Assembly (NCBI RefSeq): GCF_013214815.1
Contig: NZ_JABSPU010000001.1
Span: forward strand, 3,287 to 67,286
DNA: 64,000 nucleotides
From: Gilvibacter sp.
GTDB lineage: Bacteria > Bacteroidota > Bacteroidia > Flavobacteriales > Flavobacteriaceae
Reading direction: 5' to 3'
Below are positions 18,626-28,838 of this stretch, in pieces (within the stretch, counting starts at the first letter, position 1; every line of letters begins with the position of its first letter). The notes beneath the pieces are model-generated. The model ran no database searches and was not told where the DNA came from. It worked only from the letters and a program-made list of their open reading frames with translations. The position numbers were made by a program, and so were the translations under genes.

Positions 18626-20731
18626 ATGAACGCGAACTACCTGCAAACTCCTATTGCATACTTGAAGGGTGTTGGGCCCAATCGGGCCGACGCCTTGCGT
18701 TCTGAATTGGGCATACACACCTATCAAGATCTACTTCATCTTTTCCCAAGAAAGTACATTGACCGGACCCAATATTTCAAAATTGGGCAATTACAAGACA
18801 CTGGAGCGGAAGTTCAAATTGTAGGAATGCTCACCCATTTAAAAACGGTTTCTCAGAAAAAAGGCAACCGCTTGGAAGCAACTTTTGAGGATGAAACTGG
18901 GAGCATGAAATTGGTTTGGTTTAGAGGCCAAAAGTGGATGAAGGAGCGTCTTAAACTCGGAAAAAAATATGTCGCCTTTGGGCGAATCAATAAATTTCAG
19001 CAGTCCTTTTCCATGCCCCACCCTGAATTAGAATTGCTTACCGAACACGAAAAAAAGCTCCGATCTGGTATGCAAGCCGTCTATCCTTCTACAGAAAAAT
19101 TGAGCGCAAAAGGGGTTACCAATAGGGCTGTAATTAACATGGTTGAACAGCTCTTTTTAGGAGCCAAAAATGAGTTCCAAGAAAGCTTGCCAACCCCCCT
19201 TTTAGAACACCTTAAATTACCCACTAAAAAACAGGCTCTTTTTGCAGTTCATTTTCCCAAGAATCAGAAGGTCCTAGCAGCGGCACAATACCGGCTAAAA
19301 TTTGAAGAATTATTCTATATCCAATTACAACTTTTACGCAAGAATTATCAGCGTAAACAAAAAATCAAAGGCTACACCTTTGAACGGGTAGGGGATTATT
19401 TCAATACTTTTTTCAAAGACCATTTACCCTTTGATTTGACCGAAGCTCAAAAAAGAGTGATCAAAGAAATTCGCAACGACATGGGCAGTAATGCCCAAAT
19501 GAATCGTTTATTACAAGGAGACGTAGGTTCCGGAAAGACCATAGTTGCCTTCATGTCAATGTTAATAGGACTTGACAACGGTTTTCAAGCTTGTCTAATG
19601 GCGCCGACTGAAATTTTGTCAGTCCAGCACTATAATGGGTTACTTCCTTGGTGTAAAAAACTCAATATCAGTGTTTATTTACTCACTGGTTCAACTAAAG
19701 CTTCAATACGTAAAGAAATCCACGAAAAGCTCGAAAATGGCGAATTAGACCTGTTAATTGGCACCCATGCTGTTTTGGAAAAGAAGGTTGTTTTTAAGAA
19801 TTTAGGGCTTGCTGTCATAGATGAGCAGCATCGTTTTGGAGTTGCGCAACGCGCTCAACTCTGGAAAAAGAACGAACGCCCTCCTCATATTTTGGTGATG
19901 ACCGCCACCCCTATTCCAAGAACTTTGGCCATGAGTTTATACGGCGATTTGGACCTCTCCGTAATTGACGAATTACCCCCTGGAAGAAAGCCCGTAAAAA
20001 CGGTCTTGAGAAGTGATGCAAACAGGCTTAAAATGTTCGCCTTTTTAAAGGACCAAATTAGGCTCGGTAGACAGGTCTATATAGTGTACCCGTTAATCCA
20101 AGAAAGTGAGGCTTTAGACTACAAGGATTTGATGGATGGTCACGAGTCCATTTCCAGGTCATTCCCACGGCCTGAATTTCAGATCTCCATTGTCCATGGC
20201 AAAATGAAACCTGCGGACAAGGATTATGAAATGGATCGATTTATCAAAGGGGAAACTCAGATCATGATCGCCACTACAGTTATTGAAGTTGGAGTGAATG
20301 TCCCCAATGCCTCGGTGATGGTCATTGAGAGTGCTGAACGCTTTGGACTTTCTCAACTCCATCAGTTGCGTGGACGTGTAGGAAGAGGTGCCGATCAGTC
20401 CTTCTGTATTCTAATGATCGGGCAAAAGGTTTCCAATGAAGCCAAAACCCGTTTAGAGACCATGTGTGCCACTAATGACGGTTTTGAAATAGCAGAGGTT
20501 GATCTAAAACTTCGCGGCCCCGGAGATTTGATGGGAACCCAACAAAGCGGAATTCTCAACTTGCGCATAGCCGATGTAGTGCGAGACCGCGATATTTTGG
20601 CAATGGCGCGTTCTTTTGCAATGGAACTACTTAAGAATGACCCTAATTTGGAGCATCCGCTCAATGAGCCGGTACGCCGCACCTATATTGAATTGGCCAA
20701 GTACGGGAACATTTGGAATTTCATCTCCTAG
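18626..20731 (+). CDS. recG: ATP-dependent DNA helicase RecG
   Basis: LKGVGP, QGDVGSGKT, DEQHRFG, TATPIPRT, QLRGRVGRG, RGPGD. Confidence 0.96.
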   Translation: MNANYLQTPIAYLKGVGPNRADALRSELGIHTYQDLLHLFPRKYIDRTQYFKIGQLQDTGAEVQIVGMLTHLKTVSQKKGNRLEATFEDETGSMKLVWFRGQKWMKERLKLGKKYVAFGRINKFQQSFSMPHPELELLTEHEKKLRSGMQAVYPSTEKLSAKGVTNRAVINMVEQLFLGAKNEFQESLPTPLLEHLKLPTKKQALFAVHFPKNQKVLAAAQYRLKFEELFYIQLQLLRKNYQRKQKIKGYTFERVGDYFNTFFKDHLPFDLTEAQKRVIKEIRNDMGSNAQMNRLLQGDVGSGKTIVAFMSMLIGLDNGFQACLMAPTEILSVQHYNGLLPWCKKLNISVYLLTGSTKASIRKEIHEKLENGELDLLIGTHAVLEKKVVFKNLGLAVIDEQHRFGVAQRAQLWKKNERPPHILVMTATPIPRTLAMSLYGDLDLSVIDELPPGRKPVKTVLRSDANRLKMFAFLKDQIRLGRQVYIVYPLIQESEALDYKDLMDGHESISRSFPRPEFQISIVHGKMKPADKDYEMDRFIKGETQIMIATTVIEVGVNVPNASVMVIESAERFGLSQLHQLRGRVGRGADQSFCILMIGQKVSNEAKTRLETMCATNDGFEIAEVDLKLRGPGDLMGTQQSGILNLRIADVVRDRDILAMARSFAMELLKNDPNLEHPLNEPVRRTYIELAKYGNIWNFIS

Positions 20732-20735
20732 CATT

Positions 20736-20772
20736 AAAAAACGCCTACAAACCGAAGTCCACAGGCGCTTTT
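20736..20772. terminator. Possible terminator between convergent genes
   Basis: AAAACGCCT...AGGCGCTTTT imperfect inverted repeat with long loop. Confidence 0.35.
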
Positions 20773-20792
20773 CGAGAAATATAAAGAAAGAT

Positions 20793-21899
20793 TTAATTGA
20801 TGTCTTGATTGTTTTTAAGCTTCTCTAAGTTAGCCGCTACCCTCCCTCTACTGGCGTCATTAGGCGCATTAGCCAAAGCTTTCTCTAAGTGTTTAGCGGC
20901 TTGCTTGTAATCCCCTTGAGCGGAATAACCTCTTGCTAACCCATAATGAACAGGCCAAGTGTTGGGGTTTTCTTTTGCATTGCGCTTAAAGACCTCCATG
21001 GCTTTATCCACTTGTCCGGCAGCAATGAGTTGACGGCCGTATTGATGCATTTCCAATACGGTGGCCAGCTCCAAGGCATCTGCCATAATAGCCTCTGCCT
21101 CTGCTCCACGCCCTAAGGCGGTTAACAATTGTGCTTTAATCTGCAAGTTGGCATAGGTCTTTTGACTGTAAAACTTCCCAGCTATAGCGTTATCTATCCA
21201 CCCGAGGGCTTCTTCTAGATCTGTATTGTTTTGCAAGGCGTAACCAGCTGCCTGTTCCCAGGTTTGACGGTTAAAGCCCGGCTGGTCTTGCATGGCTTTT
21301 CGTGCCTCTGCTAGTACTATATCTACTACGGGAACCTCTATCTTTAACGGAAATGCCATCTTTTCCCACTTAAGGCTCAAAATAGTGGAATTTGCAGTGA
21401 TATCGCTGAACTCAAAGGCTAAGGTTTCTTGATGAGTAATAGTTTCTGGAGTGATGCGGATACGGGCAACGTCCTCACTTGGATCGTAAAAGAAACTTCC
21501 CCAAGCACTTGAATTGCTCGAGAGAATGATCGTTGCAGGTCTGTTCTCTTCTAAAGCAATGAAGTAACCATAAGTCCCAGCCGGCACTACTCCCCCGCCA
21601 ATGATCACATCGTGAGTAAAGCTGATCTTTGTGTTCTCATTAGCACCTGCACGCCAAGGTGCAGCTTTTGAAGTTCCAAAACCTAAATTTTGAAAACCAT
21701 AGTGGGCTATTGGGGTGCCATAAATCTCACGACCGCGTACGCTGGGTCTGGAATAATCTACATGAATCTCGGTAAGTCCAATGGTTTGACTGAGTGTGGC
21801 TTGAGGACTGGCAGCCCTTGGAGTTTGAATTTGAGCCTGAGCAGAACCTATAAGCAACAAGGTAAGCCCAATGACCAGGTGGGTAACGATCTTTGACAT
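20793..21899 (-). CDS. Exported DUF2911-like protein with C-terminal TPRs
   Basis: Signal peptide AQA|Q, DYSRPSVRGR, PWRAGANENT, TPR-like tail. Confidence 0.8.
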   Translation of the reverse strand: MSKIVTHLVIGLTLLLIGSAQAQIQTPRAASPQATLSQTIGLTEIHVDYSRPSVRGREIYGTPIAHYGFQNLGFGTSKAAPWRAGANENTKISFTHDVIIGGGVVPAGTYGYFIALEENRPATIILSSNSSAWGSFFYDPSEDVARIRITPETITHQETLAFEFSDITANSTILSLKWEKMAFPLKIEVPVVDIVLAEARKAMQDQPGFNRQTWEQAAGYALQNNTDLEEALGWIDNAIAGKFYSQKTYANLQIKAQLLTALGRGAEAEAIMADALELATVLEMHQYGRQLIAAGQVDKAMEVFKRNAKENPNTWPVHYGLARGYSAQGDYKQAAKHLEKALANAPNDASRGRVAANLEKLKNNQDIN

Positions 21900-21998
21900 T
21901 TTGCTTTTGTTTAATTAGTTGATACCAAGGTAATGGCATCCCAAAAGCAAGGATGTTAGGGACCTGTTAATTAACAGCCAAACGATTGTTAATGTCTG

Positions 21999-23207
21999 TT
22001 ACTCAGCGATTAGATCGTCCAAGAAAGCCTCAAAAGAAGTGACGAACTCCGTATACTTCGCTCCCGTTGCGGGGCCATTAAAGCCGGTGTGAATTTTACG
22101 CACCTCCCCTTTTTTATCCACAACGATGGTAGTCGGATAGCTGAGTACGGCATTGAGCATTGGAAGTTTATCGCTGGCCTCACTTTTAGAATCCGTTCCA
22201 TACTGCGCCAAAACAATGGGATACTTTAAGTCAAAACGTGATTTCAATCGATCAATAGCCTTAAAAGCAGGTTCCGGAGTCTTTGAAAAGTCAATGGCCA
22301 AAGCAATAAATTCAACCTCAGAGTTTGGGTTTCTGGAAATGTAATCTGCAAAGTACTCGGTTTCATCCAAACAGTTTGGGCACCAGGTTCCCATAAGCTG
22401 CACGACCACTACTTTATCTTTGAACTGCGGATCATCCAAGGTCCAGGTCTTGCCTGCGGCGTCTGGAAAAGCAAAATTAAAGCGATCATAGCCTGGCTTT
22501 AAAAAGGTCAAGGAATCAGGATCCGTCAATTCATACTGCGGATTCAATTTTCCGTTGAATCCCGCTTTGTAGTGATTTCCACTGTAAAAGGTTCCGGCCT
22601 TTAAAGTGCTGTCCGTCACCTTGGCTGTGAACAGAAAGGAATGCGCTCCGTCAAAGGTGGAAAGTTTGAGATCACTGCCGTCTACCACACCCTCTAAATA
22701 TCTGTAGTCTCCAGTCTCCGTTCGGATAGTACCCGTTACACTATTGTCGTTTTGCTCAAAAACTCCTTGTGCCGGATAGGTGCTCCAATCGTCTTCAATA
22801 AAAGTAATCTCCCAAGTACCAGAAACATCAGCAGTTGCCGTGTTTGTCTCTTTAAATCGCTCGCCATCTCCGAAGACCATTTCAAAAGGAATGGAACGCT
22901 CCATATTGGCAATGACAAAGTCGCCTTTAATCATATCATCACTTAAAACACCTTCAAACACTCCAGCAAATACAGGATGTGCAAGGGTCACGGTATCACC
23001 CTGAATGCTAATGTTTGTAATGGTTATTCGCTCGTCTGCATTTCTAATTACTGCAGTCCCATCTGCCTTAAATTCAAGATTGAATGGCAATAATATTTGG
23101 TCTTCCAATTCTAAAGTAGCGCGCCAATCTCCCGTTTTTATTTGAGGTTCGGTATCACCGCAAGACACAAGGATCAAAGCACAAAAGAAGGGAAGCAAAA
23201 AACGCAT
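21999..23207 (-). CDS. TlpA-like thiol-disulfide oxidoreductase lipoprotein
   Basis: Lipobox VSC, GTWCPNC active site, SYPTT, HTGFNGP. Confidence 0.85.
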   Translation of the reverse strand: MRFLLPFFCALILVSCGDTEPQIKTGDWRATLELEDQILLPFNLEFKADGTAVIRNADERITITNISIQGDTVTLAHPVFAGVFEGVLSDDMIKGDFVIANMERSIPFEMVFGDGERFKETNTATADVSGTWEITFIEDDWSTYPAQGVFEQNDNSVTGTIRTETGDYRYLEGVVDGSDLKLSTFDGAHSFLFTAKVTDSTLKAGTFYSGNHYKAGFNGKLNPQYELTDPDSLTFLKPGYDRFNFAFPDAAGKTWTLDDPQFKDKVVVVQLMGTWCPNCLDETEYFADYISRNPNSEVEFIALAIDFSKTPEPAFKAIDRLKSRFDLKYPIVLAQYGTDSKSEASDKLPMLNAVLSYPTTIVVDKKGEVRKIHTGFNGPATGAKYTEFVTSFEAFLDDLIAE

Positions 23208-23342
23208 AATGTTGAAATTTTAGCTATTGGTCGAAAGATGTAAAAGTACTTACAAATTTCAACGAACTAAAGTCAGCCATCGGATAAATACAAAAAATAC
23301 ACAGCAAAGCCTCAATTCGCTATGACTTCAACGGGTAAATGC

Positions 23343-23350
23343 TATCTTTG
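23343..23350 (+). promoter_or_regulatory. Housekeeping -7 element of pheT
   Basis: TATCTTTG matches TAnnTTTG, 23 nt before the ATG. Confidence 0.6.
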
Positions 23351-23373
23351 CAGCTTAAACAGCGCTAAGGGGC

Positions 23374-25803
23374 ATGAAGATATCTTACAACTGGCTTAAA
23401 CAGTTTATCAATATTGATTGGGATCCTGAAAAAACAGGAGCTTTATTGACTGATCTCGGACTTGAGATCGAAGGAATTGACCGCTTTGAATCCGTACCAG
23501 GAGGTCTGGAAGGGGTTGTGGTTGGACACGTTTTGGAATGTGGTCAACACCCTAATGCAGACAGACTCAAACTGACCAAAGTTGATATTGGAACCGATGA
23601 GCCCGTGCAAATTGTTTGTGGTGCACCAAACGTGGACGAAGGACAAAAGGTACCTGTAGCTACGGTAGGTACTACCCTTTATGACGCTGAAGGAAAACCG
23701 TGGAAGATCAAAAAAGGAAAGATCCGCGGCGAGGTAAGTATGGGAATGATCTGTGCAGAAGACGAGCTCGGCCTGGGCGATTCTCATGACGGTATTATGG
23801 TTTTGGACGAAGCCCTTACTCCGGGAACCCCAATGAATATGGTGGTTGACGTTGAGATTGACCATGTGTTTGAAATTGGCCTTACACCGAACCGAGCGGA
23901 CGCGATGAGTCACTGGGGAACAGCTCGTGACCTTCGCGCTGGACTTTTACAACAAGAGATCAATATTGAACTCATAACGCCTTCTAACACCAACTTTAGA
24001 GTAGACAATCGTTCCAACAAGATTGACATAAAAGTTGACAATAATGAACTCGCACCGCGCTACTGTGGTGTAACTATTAGCGGTTTGCAAGTAGCTCCTT
24101 CACCAAAGTGGTTACAAAACCGATTAAAGGCCATTGGGCTTACCCCAAAGAACAATGTAGTAGACATTACCAACTATGTGCTGCACGATCTTGGACAACC
24201 TTTGCACGCTTTTGATGTGGCGAAGATCCAAGGAGGTGTGGTAGAAGTTAAGACCCTTGAAGCTGGAACTAAATTCACTACTCTAGACGGAGAAGAGCGC
24301 AGTTTGCACCAAGACGATCTAATGATCTGTGATGCAGAGAAACCGATGTGTATCGCTGGTGTTTTTGGCGGACTGGAAAGCGGAGTGACCGATCAAACTA
24401 CGGCCATCTTCTTAGAATCAGCTTATTTTGACCCTGTAAGCGTTCGTAAGACCGCAAAGCGACACGGACTAAACACAGATGCCTCCTTCCGTTTTGAACG
24501 CGGCATTGACCCGAATATCACCGAATACGCCTTGATGCGTGCGGCCATCTTGATCAAAGATCTGGCCGGAGGCGAGATCACCAGTGATGTGATCGATATC
24601 TATCCGAAGAAAATAGAAGACCATCAAGTAGTATTGAACTTTGACAATGCAGCCCGCTTGATCGGACAAGAAATACCAAGAGAGACCATCAAATCCATTT
24701 TGACCTCTCTGGACATAAAGATCAATAATGTGACCGAAACCGGTATTGGGATGACCATTCCTGCTTACCGCAACGACGTAACACGTGAAGCCGATGTGGT
24801 GGAAGAAGTGCTGCGCGTTTACGGCTACAACAATATTGACTTTGGCAAAAAACTCAATGCCTCGATCTCAGAGAACAAGCGCATTGAAGATTACCGCATT
24901 CAAAACATCACGGCCAATCAGCTGACTGCAATTGGCTTTAATGAGATGTTGGCCAACTCCTTAACCAAGCCAGATTATATCAGTCTAACAGCAACTTTGG
25001 ATGAGAAGCAAAACGTGGCGATGCTCAACCCTTTGAGTAACGATCTTTCTGTATTGCGTCAATCCATGTTGTTCACCACGCTTGAAGCCGTTGCTTACAA
25101 CAAGAATCGCAAAGCGGGTAGCATTAAGTTATATGAGTTTGGGAAGACCTATCACCAAGAAGGTGACAGCCGTATTGAACATAAGCATTTAGCGGTTATT
25201 GCAGAGGGAACGGTTTATCCGGACCACTGGGCGCATAACGGTTCTACAGAGATTGACTTCTTCTATTTGAAAGGAGTGGTTAGTGGGATTTTAGAGCGCT
25301 TAGGCCTCACAAAGTACACCGAACAGCCGAACTCCGCAGATATCTTCTCAGAAGGAATCAGCCTAAAAATGGGAGATACAGAGTTGGTAGCCCTTGGTGT
25401 TGTGCATCCTAAGATCACGGGGCACTTTGCCATCAGCAGCCCTGTTTTCTATGCCGATTTTAATTGGGACGCTGTTTTAGCGGCCTTGTCTACGGGAGAA
25501 ATTCTTTTCAAAACCATTTCCAAGTATCCTGCTGTAAAGCGTGACTTTGCTTTGCTTCTGGATGAGGGAGTAAGTTTTGAAGCACTTCACGCTGCGGCCT
25601 TTGCCACAGAGCGCAAATTGCTTAAAGAAGTACAACTCTTTGATGTGTATACCGGGAAATCCTTACCAAAAGGAAAGAAGTCCTATGCCTTGAGTTTTAC
25701 TTTGGCTGATGAGAACAAGACCTTAACGGACAAGCAGATCGATAAGATCATGGGACGTTTGCAGCAAGCTTTTGAAACTAAGTTCGAAGCCCAGTTGCGC
25801 TAA
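23374..25803 (+). CDS. pheT: Phenylalanine--tRNA ligase beta subunit
   Basis: MKISYNWL, HPNADRL, VCGAPNV, TPNRAD, RFERGID, FDVYTG FDX-ACB domain. Confidence 0.96.
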   Translation: MKISYNWLKQFINIDWDPEKTGALLTDLGLEIEGIDRFESVPGGLEGVVVGHVLECGQHPNADRLKLTKVDIGTDEPVQIVCGAPNVDEGQKVPVATVGTTLYDAEGKPWKIKKGKIRGEVSMGMICAEDELGLGDSHDGIMVLDEALTPGTPMNMVVDVEIDHVFEIGLTPNRADAMSHWGTARDLRAGLLQQEINIELITPSNTNFRVDNRSNKIDIKVDNNELAPRYCGVTISGLQVAPSPKWLQNRLKAIGLTPKNNVVDITNYVLHDLGQPLHAFDVAKIQGGVVEVKTLEAGTKFTTLDGEERSLHQDDLMICDAEKPMCIAGVFGGLESGVTDQTTAIFLESAYFDPVSVRKTAKRHGLNTDASFRFERGIDPNITEYALMRAAILIKDLAGGEITSDVIDIYPKKIEDHQVVLNFDNAARLIGQEIPRETIKSILTSLDIKINNVTETGIGMTIPAYRNDVTREADVVEEVLRVYGYNNIDFGKKLNASISENKRIEDYRIQNITANQLTAIGFNEMLANSLTKPDYISLTATLDEKQNVAMLNPLSNDLSVLRQSMLFTTLEAVAYNKNRKAGSIKLYEFGKTYHQEGDSRIEHKHLAVIAEGTVYPDHWAHNGSTEIDFFYLKGVVSGILERLGLTKYTEQPNSADIFSEGISLKMGDTELVALGVVHPKITGHFAISSPVFYADFNWDAVLAALSTGEILFKTISKYPAVKRDFALLLDEGVSFEALHAAAFATERKLLKEVQLFDVYTGKSLPKGKKSYALSFTLADENKTLTDKQIDKIMGRLQQAFETKFEAQLR

Positions 25804-25806
25804 GCC

Positions 25807-27117
25807 TTACCTCTTAATAATCTTTTTGATCAGCACTTCACCGCCTGCTGTCTCTACGCGCACATAATAGGTGCCTGTAGACCAATTAGCTGTGTTTACT
25901 TGAAGTTCTGACACAGTATTCACTGCGTTTTGAAGCACTTGCTGACCCAGTTGATTGTACACTGCGATCTCTTGGATGTCTAGACCGTTTGAGTTTAATT
26001 GTAACTGATCTTGAACAGGATTTGGAAAGAGGCTAATATTAGTCTGAGCGAACTCATCCACTCTTAAAGGATTACAGGCTGGGTCGCTACCCGAAGCTTC
26101 GTTGAAGACTCCTTCTTCTATGCTCCAATTGAGCCATTCCCCCCCACTGGCAGTTTGCCAATCGTTGAGATCAAAAGTATGCTCTCCAGTTTCGGTTCCC
26201 TTTACGCGGTAAGCATAAAGGGCTTCCCCGCCTCTTGACCAGGTAATTGGGTTCGATGCGCCCATAACTTCTGGACCTGGAACGTCCAAATTACAGTTGG
26301 AATGAATGAAATAGACGTTGTCATCAAAACTCGGATACTCTCCAAAGATGCGCGCAATACCATCCGGAGCAATACATACCGCTGTGAATTCATCACAAGC
26401 AATGCCACGGGCGTTCACCCCCATATCTACCATTGCACGGGCTAAAAAAACACTGTGACGCGCTCTGCGATCAGGATCATCGTAATGGGTGTCGGTGATC
26501 ACACCGGAGAGATAATCAATATCTAAAAAGGGAGCGCCACTTAAAGTTATGTTTGGATGATAAGGATTGGCGGTGGCCTCTTCAGAAGTGACCGTTCCGT
26601 TTTCCGCTGTGAAATAAATACTGCCTAAAATAGCCATCCCTGCACTGATGCCTCCAACAACTGCGCCTCGTTCCGAGATCGCATCATTAATTCCTGTAGC
26701 GACGCCGGTTCCGCGCCAGAAAGACACATAATCCCATTGGTTGCCGCCGGCAAACCATATGGCTTCCGCACGATTGATTTTGTCTAAAACATAAGGCTCA
26801 CTGGCCGCAGTCCAATCATTGAAAACAATGGTTTCTACGGAATTGACCGATACCCCTAACTCCGAGTAGAAGTAGTCGTTGTAACCATCTGCTCCACTGG
26901 CACGAAGTACCAAAACATCACCGCCATTGGCTCTCTCTAAAAACCAAATCATGGCCGGATCGTTCTCTCCTGCACCTCCCATGAGGACTGTTCCCCCATC
27001 GCCGACAACCTCAGCATCTGTTGGATTACCCGTGAAATAAGAAGTATAATTGGTCTGTGCTGTCATCCATCCGGAGCAACATAAAAGCAGTGTGATTAGC
27101 AGTTGGTTTAAATTCAT
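25807..27117 (-). CDS. Peptidase S51 (cyanophycinase-like) with T9SS type A sorting domain
   Basis: GGISAG Ser motif, DTHY, DEFTA, AGGNQ; C-terminal SLFPNPVQD...YNQLGQQV...GTYYVRV...KKIIKR. Confidence 0.85.
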   Translation of the reverse strand: MNLNQLLITLLLCCSGWMTAQTNYTSYFTGNPTDAEVVGDGGTVLMGGAGENDPAMIWFLERANGGDVLVLRASGADGYNDYFYSELGVSVNSVETIVFNDWTAASEPYVLDKINRAEAIWFAGGNQWDYVSFWRGTGVATGINDAISERGAVVGGISAGMAILGSIYFTAENGTVTSEEATANPYHPNITLSGAPFLDIDYLSGVITDTHYDDPDRRARHSVFLARAMVDMGVNARGIACDEFTAVCIAPDGIARIFGEYPSFDDNVYFIHSNCNLDVPGPEVMGASNPITWSRGGEALYAYRVKGTETGEHTFDLNDWQTASGGEWLNWSIEEGVFNEASGSDPACNPLRVDEFAQTNISLFPNPVQDQLQLNSNGLDIQEIAVYNQLGQQVLQNAVNTVSELQVNTANWSTGTYYVRVETAGGEVLIKKIIKR

Positions 27118-27683
27118 TGTTCTATTAAAAAGGCGTCCACTACATGGATAAAGCCTAGTTTGTGATAGTAATTAGTTGCCGTTATTGTTGCTGCAGCCGC
27201 GTGCGGGATCCGCAATTGGATCTGACTCCCTCCCGATTTAAATTCCGGATCAATATCTGCGGGAGACCTAAAGTAGGCGGAACCTCCGTTTTGTTGCAGG
27301 TTGCGCTGCAGACTGTTTTGATCTACTCTACCGATGATGACGTGACGCATCAATGCTGCCTTTAGGGCATCGGCATTAGAAGCTGTCAACATTTTTTTAA
27401 GCGCTTTTTCATCATAGGCAGAAAAAGCAGTGTCCGTTGGTAAAAATACCGTCACCATACCTAGTTTATCGATCTCCTCTTGGGCATTGGTCAGCTCAAA
27501 GATCTTAGTAAGCACCGTAAATTGACTGGTGTTTTTGATATTCTCATAAATACTCTTGGTAGGAAAGATGGTATCATTCCCTATCAGTTGATAGGATTTT
27601 GAAGCGACTCCTGCTTGGTAGTCTTGCCCAAGTAATGGGCTGACTGTCAAGACTAACAAGAGCACTGTTATTAAATTTTTCAT
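27114..27683 (-). CDS. Exported fasciclin (FAS1) domain protein
   Basis: TVFLPTDTAF (H1) and IHVVDAFL (H2) boxes; signal peptide. Confidence 0.85.
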   Translation of the reverse strand: MKNLITVLLLVLTVSPLLGQDYQAGVASKSYQLIGNDTIFPTKSIYENIKNTSQFTVLTKIFELTNAQEEIDKLGMVTVFLPTDTAFSAYDEKALKKMLTASNADALKAALMRHVIIGRVDQNSLQRNLQQNGGSAYFRSPADIDPEFKSGGSQIQLRIPHAAAATITATNYYHKLGFIHVVDAFLIEQ

Positions 27684-27828
27684 AGCAAAGTAATTTACGC
27701 TAAGATATCAATTCTACGGAAGATTCAAAGGGCTTCCAAGTAGCGGGATTTAATTATTTGTTAATTTTCAAAGCATATACTTGCCTGAAATAAAAAAAGG
27801 TTTCAACTTTGCAATCAATAACGAAACA

Positions 27829-27885
27829 ATGAATTTAGTACAGTTACATCATCACCATGCACACTCTGGCCTTCAGGCGAGCTAG
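27829..27885 (+). CDS. hisL: his operon leader peptide MNLVQLHHHHAHSGLQAS
   Basis: Read by hand; five His codons, four consecutive; lies upstream of the attenuator and hisG; not in ORF track. Confidence 0.88.
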   Translation: MNLVQLHHHHAHSGLQAS

Positions 27886-27916
27886 TATGGTATTGTAAAC
27901 TGTTTAAAACCATATA

Positions 27917-27948
27917 ACCCGTCTGAGCAATCAGACGGGTATTTTTTT
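27917..27948 (+). terminator. his attenuator terminator
   Basis: ACCCGTCTGA-gcaa-TCAGACGGGT followed by A and T7; TCAGGCG (27873-27879) can pair with its 5' arm. Confidence 0.88.
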
Positions 27949-27980
27949 ACCGCTAATTGCTCAGACCATTATTTAAAAAA

Positions 27981-28838
27981 ATGAGCAGATTAAAAATTGC
28001 GATTCAAAAGAGCGGTAGACTTCACGACAAATCCATCGAATTATTAAAAGATTGTGGCGTTTCCGTTCAAAATGGAAAAGATCAACTCAAGGTCCGCGCT
28101 GCAAACTTCCCCTTGGATATCTTGTATTTGCGCAACTCTGATATTCCAAAATACTTGGAAGACGGTGTGGCAGATATTGCCATTGTTGGAGAGAACTTAC
28201 TGATCGAAAAACAAAAGAATGTAAGCGTGATACGACCACTAGGATTTTCCAAGTGTCGTGTTTCCCTTGCGGTACCGAAGTCAGTGGCCACAGATGATCT
28301 AAGCTACTTCAATGGTAAACGTATTGCAACCTCCTACCCCAATACTCTAAAGCGCTTTTTGGATGCGGAAGGGATACAAGCAGACATTCACCAAATTGCC
28401 GGATCTGTGGAGATCGCTCCAAACATAGGCTTGGCAGACGGTGTTTGTGATATTGTGAGTTCTGGGAGTACACTCTTTAAAAATGGCCTGCGTGAGACCC
28501 AAGTGATCTTGCGCTCCGAAGCCGTTTTGGCCAAATCACCCGACCTCAGCCCCGAAAAGGAAGCCATCTTGGATAAGCTAAGTTTTAGAATGGATGCGGT
28601 TTTACGCGGAAAAGCTTCAAAATACGTATTGCTTAATGTACCTAACGACAAAATTGACGCAGTCTCCGCGCTGTTGCCGGTTTTAAAAAGCCCAACTATT
28701 CTTCCTTTGGCTGAAGAAGGTTGGAGTTCTTTACACACAGTTATTGACGAATCGCAGTTCTGGGATGTTATTGAAGAGCTCAAAGCTGCCGGTGCAGAAG
28801 ACATCCTTGTAGTTCCTATTGATAAAATTGTACGCTAA
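27981..28838 (+). CDS. hisG: ATP phosphoribosyltransferase (long form)
   Basis: IAIQKSGRL, RNSDIP, IATSYP, GSVEIAP, DIVSSGSTL, C-terminal regulatory domain; ATG 27981 preferred. Confidence 0.95.
   Translation: MSRLKIAIQKSGRLHDKSIELLKDCGVSVQNGKDQLKVRAANFPLDILYLRNSDIPKYLEDGVADIAIVGENLLIEKQKNVSVIRPLGFSKCRVSLAVPKSVATDDLSYFNGKRIATSYPNTLKRFLDAEGIQADIHQIAGSVEIAPNIGLADGVCDIVSSGSTLFKNGLRETQVILRSEAVLAKSPDLSPEKEAILDKLSFRMDAVLRGKASKYVLLNVPNDKIDAVSALLPVLKSPTILPLAEEGWSSLHTVIDESQFWDVIEELKAAGAEDILVVPIDKIVR

Noticed and set aside
23210-23263. GTTGAAATTT...AAATTTCAAC inverted repeat
   Set aside because: AT-rich 10-bp arms with a long spacer and no second copy; could be chance.
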